The notes under the pieces are model-generated. The model was not told the DNA's origin. It did not search any database and was given only the letters and a program-made list of their open reading frames with translations. Below, one piece after another: positions 56,388-64,000 of a stretch of DNA of 64,000 nucleotides (positions within the stretch are counted from its first letter, which is position 1; each line of letters starts with the position of its first letter). Both the position numbers and the translations under genes were made by a program. Source of the DNA: Candidatus Hydrogenedentota bacterium (GTDB lineage: Bacteria > Hydrogenedentota > Hydrogenedentia > Hydrogenedentales > SLHB01). Location: contig BTVY01000004.1 of the NCBI GenBank assembly GCA_045863335.1, positions 96,001 through 160,000 on the forward strand. The letters are read 5' to 3'.

Positions 56388-58043
56388 TCACTCCATCTGG
56401 AAGGCAAGCAACGTCGTGTCGTCCTGGACCGGCGCGTTGCTCCGCCAACGGGTCAGCGCATTCTTTACAGCGAGAACCGAATCCTCGAGCGGAAGCTCAC
56501 GGGTTTCTCGCAGCAACTCGATGAGCCGATCCTCTCCGAAGATCATGTTATCCATGTTCATAGCCTCCATGACGCCGTCAGAATACAGAAAGACGCGATC
56601 CCCCGTGTTCAGGGTCGTGGAAGCCTCCCGGTATGATTCGTCAGCAATGCCGACGGGAAGTCCGTGGGGTTTGAATGTCTGATGCACACCGTCCCGGGAT
56701 AGGACGATGGGGCTGGGATGTCCGGCACAGGCGAACCGGAACTCTCGTTTCTTCGGGTTTACGATGGCATACAGGATGGTGAAAAACTGGTTGGATTCCG
56801 AGTCCCAGGTGTACGTTTTGTTGAGTTGTTCGATCACCTTGGCGGGTTCCATGATGCGGCGGTCCCGAGCGTCGTCATTTGGCGTAGATTCGTAGACGAG
56901 CGACGCCGCTCCCGCGCCCGGTTGGAGCAAGCGGCTTACGCTCGTAGACAACAGCGCGGATCCCGTGCCGTGTCCGGTCACGTCGAGCACGTACATGGCC
57001 GTGTGGTCGTCATCGAGCCGGACGATGTTCAGCATGTCTCCCGCCAACGCGTCGCAGGGTTCGAAAAACCACGCCACGCGAAGGCCGGGGATTTGCAGCC
57101 GTAGCGGCGGGAGCTGGGCCCGCTGGATCTGCGCCGCCGTGCGGAGGTCGCGGAGCAAGCGATCGTTGAGCCGCTTGAGTTCCGTCGACGTTTCTTGGAG
57201 CCGTCGTTCGGTCTCGACCCGTTCGGTGATGTCGGATTGCACACCCACGAAATGAGTGATTTTTCCCGACGCGTCGCGAATCGGTGTAATCGAGAGACGG
57301 TTCCAGAAGATCGAGCCATCCTTTCGATAGTTCTTCAATTCGACAACACAATTCCGGCCTTCGTTAATGGCCGCCCGGATCTCGGCGCGCGCGGCATCGT
57401 TGGATTCGGGCCCCTGCAGGAAACGGCAATTGCGGCCGAGAACTTCGGCACGGGTGTATCCTGTGATCGCCTCGAAGCCGTCGTTGATGTAGATCAGTGG
57501 ATTGTCCGGCAAGCGCCGGTCGCTGATCGTGATGCCCTCCAGTGTCGCGGCCATGGCTCGTTCACGGAGCATGACATCTTCACCCGCACGGCGTTCGCTG
57601 GTGACATCCCGCATGATGAGTACGACGGCCGGTTGGGCGGATTCCGCGTCTATGCGGGCTGCAAACGCATGATAGATGCGGAGATTCAACCGGTCGCCGC
57701 GGACAACAGCGATCTCGTCCGCCGCTTCGTCAGCACCGCGAAGGACGATGGAAAGGGGAAACCGTTCCGGGGCGTAGGTTTGACCCGGGTCGCGGGGGTC
57801 CCGCAAATCGACAACGCGAATCCACGCCGGATCCGTTACGTCGGCTACCGCTTGTACCCACAGGTCCTGCGCAGCGCGATTGGCGAACAGAACGCGTCCG
57901 GCAGCGTCTGCAATCAGTATTGCGTCCGACGAAATGTCCAAGGCTGCTCGAAGCGTTGTGAGGTTCACATCGGTGTTCCTGTACGGCTGTGGAATCCCGA
58001 GGCTCCAACTGAATTCCCGGTGGTATTGTAACGCACTTGCCAC
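56388..58043 (-). CDS. PAS-LOV-SpoIIE (PP2C) phosphatase
   Basis: LOV GRNCRFLQG, NYRKDG, FWN, VGVQSDIT; PP2C AGD, DVTGHG, AGHP, YSDGV, DDTT; start uncertain. Confidence 0.9.
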   Translation of the reverse strand: MASALQYHREFSWSLGIPQPYRNTDVNLTTLRAALDISSDAILIADAAGRVLFANRAAQDLWVQAVADVTDPAWIRVVDLRDPRDPGQTYAPERFPLSIVLRGADEAADEIAVVRGDRLNLRIYHAFAARIDAESAQPAVVLIMRDVTSERRAGEDVMLRERAMAATLEGITISDRRLPDNPLIYINDGFEAITGYTRAEVLGRNCRFLQGPESNDAARAEIRAAINEGRNCVVELKNYRKDGSIFWNRLSITPIRDASGKITHFVGVQSDITERVETERRLQETSTELKRLNDRLLRDLRTAAQIQRAQLPPLRLQIPGLRVAWFFEPCDALAGDMLNIVRLDDDHTAMYVLDVTGHGTGSALLSTSVSRLLQPGAGAASLVYESTPNDDARDRRIMEPAKVIEQLNKTYTWDSESNQFFTILYAIVNPKKREFRFACAGHPSPIVLSRDGVHQTFKPHGLPVGIADESYREASTTLNTGDRVFLYSDGVMEAMNMDNMIFGEDRLIELLRETRELPLEDSVLAVKNALTRWRSNAPVQDDTTLLAFQME

Positions 58044-58189
58044 TCCTTCATGATATTCAGGAGAGAATGGATTCTGTGTGGGATTTGCCGGTATCCAAAT
58101 GATCGCGATACATGGAACGCAAACCGCGAAGCCGGCGTGTGCGGGCAGATCCCGCGCTTTGGCAGGCTACCGTGACGGGAGGAATCACC

Positions 58190-59404
58190 ATGAAACGGAT
58201 GATGGTAGCAGTGTTGACGGTCGTGGGCTGGTTGGCGACAGCTGCGGAAGCGCCTTTCTACGAGAGTAGATTCATTTTTGACCCTGCCGCTGTTGAGAGC
58301 CACGGGCATGTCCACGCGTCGAGTATCGTTGAGTGCCCGAACGGCGATCTGCGCGCGGTTTGGTATGAGAACGGCTCCGCTCTTCCCGAAGGCTACTATG
58401 CCGAAGACCGCGACAAGAGCGACAATGTCCGCATCGGCGGGGCGCGGCGTCCGGCGGGCGAAGCGGAATGGGAGACACCGTTCGTCATGGCGGATACCTT
58501 CGGTGTGTCGGATAACAATCCCTGCATGGTTGTGGACGACGAGAAGCGACTATGGCTCATCTATCCCACGCTCCTGGGCGTTCCCGATTGGACCTGGGGT
58601 AGCGGCCTCGTGCGATACCGTGTCGCCAGCGACTACGAGAAACCCGGAGCGCCGACTTGGGAAAAGTCGGACATCCTGATTCCACGGGTGGACGACCTGC
58701 GCCCGATGGTTGACGCATACCTTGATGATATGGTCGCATCCGGACAATGGACGGAGGAGCGCCGGGCGGAACTGGCCAAGCGCGTGGAGCAGATGTTTGC
58801 GAATCCTCTCGCGGAGCGTTTGGGATGGATGCCGCGCGCCCATCCGCTTGTGCGGTCCGACGGTGCGGTCGTCGTGCCCCTCTCCAACGAGAACTTCTCC
58901 ATTCCCTGTATGGCCATTACGCGAGACGGCGGCGAAACGTGGACGTTTTCGAACCTGGTTCCGGAAGCAGGACTTACACAACCTACGTTGGTCGAGTTTC
59001 CGGATGGGGATATTCACGCGTTCTTCCGCAACGGGGGTCCCGAACGCCGCATCAAGCGCAGCATATCCAAAGACGGCGGGATGACATGGGGGGCAATCAC
59101 AACCACGGATCTGCTGCATCCCGGCGCGGGTATCGAGGCGATTGTGCTGAACAACGGCCACCTGCTGATGGCGTATAACGACGTGGAAGAGGGTCCGCGG
59201 GACAAGCTGGCCGTTTCCATTTCGGACGACCGCGGTGAAACCTGGAAATGGACGCGGCATCTCGAAGACACGCCGGACGGCCGCTTCGATTATCCGTCCA
59301 TCGTTCAGGCAAAGGATGGGACATTACACGCCACGTATAGTTTCAACCTAGAGACCATCAAGCATGTGCACTTCAACGAAGCGTGGGTGATGGAAGGCGA
59401 CTGA
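58190..59404 (+). CDS. Secreted sialidase/BNR-repeat family protein
   Basis: Asp-boxes TRDGGETW, SKDGGMTW, SDDRGETW; YPS motif; signal peptide; GGAGG SD. Confidence 0.85.
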   Translation: MKRMMVAVLTVVGWLATAAEAPFYESRFIFDPAAVESHGHVHASSIVECPNGDLRAVWYENGSALPEGYYAEDRDKSDNVRIGGARRPAGEAEWETPFVMADTFGVSDNNPCMVVDDEKRLWLIYPTLLGVPDWTWGSGLVRYRVASDYEKPGAPTWEKSDILIPRVDDLRPMVDAYLDDMVASGQWTEERRAELAKRVEQMFANPLAERLGWMPRAHPLVRSDGAVVVPLSNENFSIPCMAITRDGGETWTFSNLVPEAGLTQPTLVEFPDGDIHAFFRNGGPERRIKRSISKDGGMTWGAITTTDLLHPGAGIEAIVLNNGHLLMAYNDVEEGPRDKLAVSISDDRGETWKWTRHLEDTPDGRFDYPSIVQAKDGTLHATYSFNLETIKHVHFNEAWVMEGD

Positions 59405-59444
59405 TCCCGACGACTCGTGCAACAAAGACGGAAGGAGCGGACCT

Positions 59445-60080
59445 GTGACCGAATCAGATAAGGCATCTTCCCTGGTTCCCGTCGGAGTATTCACGATCGC
59501 ATACTTGGCGATCGCGACCATTACTGCGTTCGCCAGAGGTAACCAGGAATTCATCTTTTACATTGTTGTCGTGGCGCTTCTGATCGGCGCGGTCCTCATC
59601 GTTCACCGGCGCGTTCACCTCAGCCCGGGCGTGTTGTGGGCGCTCAGCATCTGGGGGCTGGCGCACATGATGGGCGGTCTCGTCCGCGTGCCGGAAGGCT
59701 GGCCCATCAATGGCGACATTCGCGTGCTTTACAGTCTGTGGATCGTTCCGAACTACCTGAAGTACGACCACGTCGTCCACGCCTACGGGTTCGGCACGAC
59801 CACCTGGGTGTGCTGGCAGGGGCTGCGTTCGATCCTGGGAGCCTACACGACAAATCCTCAGCCGACATTCGGGTTGATGGTGCTGTCCGCGACGGCGGGA
59901 TTGGGTTTCGGCGCGCTCAACGAAGTAGTCGAATTCGCGGCCGTGCTGCTCGTCCCTGAGACCAACGTGGGCGGCTACATCAACACCGGCTGGGATCTCG
60001 TGGCCAATTCCGTAGGCGCGACGACGGCCGCGCTGCTTATTTTCGTCTTTGACCGGTCCAGATCAGTGGATTCAAAGTAG
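59445..60080 (+). CDS. DUF2238/YjdF-like membrane protein
   Basis: Multiple TM segments; YDHVVH, NEVVEF, WDL motifs. Confidence 0.75.
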   Translation: MTESDKASSLVPVGVFTIAYLAIATITAFARGNQEFIFYIVVVALLIGAVLIVHRRVHLSPGVLWALSIWGLAHMMGGLVRVPEGWPINGDIRVLYSLWIVPNYLKYDHVVHAYGFGTTTWVCWQGLRSILGAYTTNPQPTFGLMVLSATAGLGFGALNEVVEFAAVLLVPETNVGGYINTGWDLVANSVGATTAALLIFVFDRSRSVDSK

Positions 60081-60133
60081 CGCCGCCCGTGCAGTGCGGC
60101 AGCGTTTAAAAACAAGTGTGGGGGAATTGGAAC

Positions 60134-62191
60134 ATGCGAGCCAAGGTAGCACTTTATATTCTCCTGGTATTGAGCCTGTCGCTGGCGCACGGGGGTGAAA
60201 TACGTGACGGTGTCTTGATCGTGGACAACAGGCCGTTCTACCCACTCGGCAGTTGGAATTTCACCACCACGACGCTGGAGGACATCGCGCTTCTCGGCAT
60301 GAATACGAGCTTTCGGGGCGGTCCGGGAACCGAGGAAGCGGTCGAAGAGTTCCGAGGATTCATGCGCGAGTGCGATCGGCGGGGTATCCAGGTTGTGCCC
60401 TACCTTTCATACGGCGGCGCGGGCGTAACGCCTTGGGCGCCGGAAGCCGTGCGCGCCATCGCCAAACTGGCTTCAGAGCCCAATCTCCTCACGTGGTATG
60501 TGGGCGACGACATCACCATGCGCCATCTCGAAGGCATCCAACAAACCGTATCCATTCTGCGTGAAGAGACTCCGACGGTTCCCACGGTGGCCGACTATAT
60601 CGCCGATGAAACGCCCGAAGCGCAAACAACGTTCACGCAGTACGTTGACATCCGTTGCCAGTACACGTATCCGATTCCCGACGATCCCTACACAGAGTAT
60701 CTCGCGTTCTTCGACAAACAGCGCGCCTTCGTCGGCGACCCTTTGTGGACCTGGGTGCAGAACTTCATGTGGGGCCACACGGGCCAGTTTCTTAGCGTGG
60801 GCGCGGAAGGCCCCGGGCCCATTCCCGATCCGGAGCAGGTGCGGTTGCTGGCTTTCGCCGCCATCAACCGGGGCGTGCGCGGACTGCTGTTCTTCGCTCA
60901 CCACGAACTGCACCGCCTGCCGGAGCTGGCGGCCGAAGTGGCGTTGACCTGCCGCGAGATCCGGTTGTTCGAAGGCCACTTGGCGGCCGGGGAACCCACG
61001 TTCAATCTTCCCTGTTCCGACCCCGGCCTGAACGCCACAGCCTTCGCGTATGGCGGTTCGACGGTCATCTCGGCCGCGTTGTTCCGAGACCATTACCACC
61101 AGTACCTCGACGAAGGGATTATCGAGGACGTCACCATCACCTGTCCCTGGAGCGCCGAAACATTGCCCCGTGCAACGCTTGTCAACGTGCCCGATGTAGT
61201 CGCATGCGAGGTAAACCCAGGCGCGGAACCAGGAACGATTTCGATCCGCGTTCCGCGTCTGGAACTGGCGGGATTCATTCTCGTCGATCCGAAGGAAGAA
61301 TCGATTGTGAGATTGGAGCAGCGACTCGAGTACATTCCCGAAGAGATGAAGAGCCTCATCGTGCCCGCAGCCGCGGCCCAGACGCGCAAGGTCTGCGGTG
61401 TGGTCTGGCAACTGGGACTCGACAACCTTTACGAATCGGAAACGGCGGTCATGGAAACGATGCGCACGCAGGAGCGTTGCGCGAGTGAAGTCGTGGATGG
61501 GGAGTACCTCGACGCCTTTCGCGCGTGGCGCAGTACGCTGCGGCACTGCCGGGGTCTGCTGGCCATGACGATGGCGTTTGCCGAGGAGCGGCGCGAGGCC
61601 ATTCCCGCGAGCGTGCAGGATTACCTGGTCTCGCCCTATGGACTGCACAAGATCCCCGGCCTGGGAGACGCGCCAGGCAATGATGAGCCGTGGCGGTTTA
61701 CTCGCGAATGGCTCGTGACCGGCCCCTTCCCGCTGGAAGCAAACCTCGACGACGAGCACGCCATGGCACCCGGATTTGAACGGGCTTATGCGCCGGAATC
61801 CGGCGACCTCAAGGCCACCTTCGACACGCTGGACGGTCCCCGATCCTGGCACGCCGCGGAGTGCGACGTGTCCGGGCTTCTCGATCTACGGCCCCTGTTC
61901 GATACGATCGACAACGTCGTCGCCTACGCCGCGTGCACGCTCAACGCCCCGCAAGACGGCGAAGCGAAACTGAGCATCGGCAGCAACGACGGCGCGCGCC
62001 TGTGGGTCAACGGCGATCTTGTCTACTCCGAACACGGCCCCCGTTCCGGCACGAAACACGATGCCGAAGTCACCGTTCCCGTGCGCCAGGGCGCCAACCC
62101 GATTCTCGTCAAAGTCGAGAACCTCGGCCGGAACTGGAAACTCTACCTCTCCGTTCACGACCCGGAACGGGCGTATACGTTCTCGCGGTAA
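60134..62191 (+). CDS. Secreted glycoside-hydrolase-like protein with C-terminal PA14-like domain
   Basis: Signal peptide; VDNRPFYPLG, WYVGDD; WLVTGPF, GSNDGARLWVNG, GANPILVKV. Confidence 0.65.
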   Translation: MRAKVALYILLVLSLSLAHGGEIRDGVLIVDNRPFYPLGSWNFTTTTLEDIALLGMNTSFRGGPGTEEAVEEFRGFMRECDRRGIQVVPYLSYGGAGVTPWAPEAVRAIAKLASEPNLLTWYVGDDITMRHLEGIQQTVSILREETPTVPTVADYIADETPEAQTTFTQYVDIRCQYTYPIPDDPYTEYLAFFDKQRAFVGDPLWTWVQNFMWGHTGQFLSVGAEGPGPIPDPEQVRLLAFAAINRGVRGLLFFAHHELHRLPELAAEVALTCREIRLFEGHLAAGEPTFNLPCSDPGLNATAFAYGGSTVISAALFRDHYHQYLDEGIIEDVTITCPWSAETLPRATLVNVPDVVACEVNPGAEPGTISIRVPRLELAGFILVDPKEESIVRLEQRLEYIPEEMKSLIVPAAAAQTRKVCGVVWQLGLDNLYESETAVMETMRTQERCASEVVDGEYLDAFRAWRSTLRHCRGLLAMTMAFAEERREAIPASVQDYLVSPYGLHKIPGLGDAPGNDEPWRFTREWLVTGPFPLEANLDDEHAMAPGFERAYAPESGDLKATFDTLDGPRSWHAAECDVSGLLDLRPLFDTIDNVVAYAACTLNAPQDGEAKLSIGSNDGARLWVNGDLVYSEHGPRSGTKHDAEVTVPVRQGANPILVKVENLGRNWKLYLSVHDPERAYTFSR

Positions 62192-62196
62192 GCACG

Positions 62197-64000
62197 CTAG
62201 TTCGTTTCCAGTGCAATTTCCAGCGGAGTGGGTTCGCCGGGGACAACGAAAACTTCTTGTTCGAACGTTGCGGCATCCGTTTGGTTTGGGAGGATAGCCC
62301 GCACCTGGACGACTGCCGCTCCGGAAGGAACGGAGGCGAATTCAAAATCACCATTAACGCCGGTCTGCGCGCTGACACTTCGCATACCCAGGTCTCCCAC
62401 GAGCGTGACGGTTGCTTCGGGAAGGGGATCTCCGATCAATGTAACGGTACCCACCAGCGAACCGAATTCGAGAAGTACGATCTCCACGGGATGACCCGGT
62501 TCCTGCGATGAGGCGGCAACGACTCGATTTGCTCCGTAGTCGGGATGCGAGGCGAACAGATAAACATTCCCTGCAGAAAGGCCGTCCAGTACGAAGCGTC
62601 CGTCTGAACCGGTCTGCACCTCCGTCGTGGTCAAGTCCTTCTCGCCGGTCGCGGAGACGACCGCATGGGATACCGCCTGCCCTACGCTATCGCGAACCAC
62701 CCCTTCCAGGCGATAGGCGTCCCGGCTGAGCACGACGACAATTCCGTCAACGGACTGGCCGGGCTGAATTCGTCCAACAGCGGTGGCCTGTTGCGCGAAC
62801 CCCGTTGCGCGGGCGACAAGAATCCTGGAGCCCGAGTCCGCCTCAATCTGGAAACGGCCGAGGGAATCGTTCACCGAAAGGAACGTTGCGCCGGTCAGAT
62901 TCACCCCGTCCTCCGGGCGTCGCCCTGGCACGACCGCGATCTGGAACTGTGTTACGGGACGGCCGTCGCGTTCTTCGATTACGGTGCCGGAGATCGTCGG
63001 ACGCGACTGCAGTACGACATCCACTCCCCGGCTTCCGGTCACAACGTCGTTGACTGCCGCGCTTGCGAATTGCTCGTGAACGAAATCCAGCCGGTAGGTC
63101 TCTCCTGTCAGGCCGGACATCACGTAGGTTCCGTCCTCGCCCGTATAGGCGACATGGACGAGCGTATCATCGAGATTCTTACTGGCTGCGGTCACTTGGG
63201 TGCGGGCGATGGCTTCGCCCTCTTGGTCTGTAACCCTTCCGGAGATCTCCGTGAGCGGATCGGTCTCGTAAACCAAGCGGATTCCTGTCGCGTGTTGGCC
63301 CGGCGCGACCTGCACTGTCCCGGCGTGGCAAATGCCCTGGACGAGATGGAGATCTTGTGCGCCGAGGATCAGATCGTAGCTGCCGGCGGCGAGTCCCGCG
63401 ATCGTGAAGTGGCCATCCGGACCAGTCTCGCTGGAAAGTCGCCCCAGGGATTTCGCCATCGATGCATCCGCCAACTCCGCAAACACGACGCACTCGGCTG
63501 GCATGCCGGTGTTGTCCGTGACGATTCCTGCGATACTCGCGCCGGTTTCGATCGACAGCACGATTTCGATCCCGGACAGCCCTTCCGCAGGAACGGGGAA
63601 CGGGCCAATCTCCGGCGCGAGGGTCTCGGAGGTCTTGGCGGATAGGTAGACTTCATCCCCCGTGGAAACGCCCGCAATGGTGAACGCGCCCGATCGGTTT
63701 GTGGTGCTCCCTCGCGGGCCGCCGAGGTTGGGCACACGCGCAAAAACCTGCGCCCCGGCAACTCCCGCGCCAGCGCCGTCGACAACCGTTCCGCTCACGG
63801 TAATGCTGCGCTTGAGCGGAAAGTCGACGACGGCCAAGTCCGCGTCCGGCGCGAGAACAACGTTCTGATACGTGATTCCCGATGTGTATTGGACCGGCAG
63901 TTCCGTCACGGCCAATCGAACCGCGCCGTAGTGGACGTTGGCAATCTGATAGCCGCCCGATTTGTCCGTCGCTGCAGATTCACGTTTCCTCCCCGGCCGA
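62197..64000 (-). CDS. Carboxypeptidase-regulatory-like repeat protein (5' end outside the window)
   Basis: Repeated ISGxVxDxxGxP...TxxDGxF units; frame stays open to the window edge. Confidence 0.85.
   Translation of the reverse strand, partial: RPGRKRESAATDKSGGYQIANVHYGAVRLAVTELPVQYTSGITYQNVVLAPDADLAVVDFPLKRSITVSGTVVDGAGAGVAGAQVFARVPNLGGPRGSTTNRSGAFTIAGVSTGDEVYLSAKTSETLAPEIGPFPVPAEGLSGIEIVLSIETGASIAGIVTDNTGMPAECVVFAELADASMAKSLGRLSSETGPDGHFTIAGLAAGSYDLILGAQDLHLVQGICHAGTVQVAPGQHATGIRLVYETDPLTEISGRVTDQEGEAIARTQVTAASKNLDDTLVHVAYTGEDGTYVMSGLTGETYRLDFVHEQFASAAVNDVVTGSRGVDVVLQSRPTISGTVIEERDGRPVTQFQIAVVPGRRPEDGVNLTGATFLSVNDSLGRFQIEADSGSRILVARATGFAQQATAVGRIQPGQSVDGIVVVLSRDAYRLEGVVRDSVGQAVSHAVVSATGEKDLTTTEVQTGSDGRFVLDGLSAGNVYLFASHPDYGANRVVAASSQEPGHPVEIVLLEFGSLVGTVTLIGDPLPEATVTLVGDLGMRSVSAQTGVNGDFEFASVPSGAAVVQVRAILPNQTDAATFEQEVFVVPGEPTPLEIALETN

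Overview
GC-rich bacterial chromosome segment from a diderm (lpxA/lpxB, OmpA), probably an anaerobe. Gene style suggests Ca. Hydrogenedentota or a PVC-like lineage, but that is inference only. Contents in order: (1) a minus-strand signalling block (C25 peptidase, membrane Ser/Thr kinase with a CBM9-like C-terminus, FHA-GAF-sigma54 activator, ELWxxDGT-repeat protein) followed by a sigma54 promoter, a structured RNA and a 66-aa ORF; (2) yicC-gmk-rpoZ-coaBC, xerD, and a GxxExxY gene between inverted repeats; (3) an OmpA-domain protein and a sigma70-region-4-only protein preceded by a ~280-nt riboswitch-like leader, divergent from a sigma54-driven receiver-histidine kinase; (4) lpxA-gnnA-like-lpxB-polA-rho, eda, a kinase-FGE fusion and pilT; (5) a 12-kb [FeFe]-hydrogenase operon with a Rex box (receiver protein, hydC, hydB, hydA, GAF-histidine kinase, hydG, ACT-like protein, aspA, hydF, hydE, rex) whose HydB carries non-bifurcating signatures; (6) sugar-alcohol/ketose genes, a LOV-SpoIIE phosphatase and secreted carbohydrate-type enzymes. 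Several short palindromic repeat families are present, and one lies in-frame inside genes. No rRNA, tRNA, CRISPR array or prophage was seen. All assignments are from motif reading by eye; no searches or folding programs were run.
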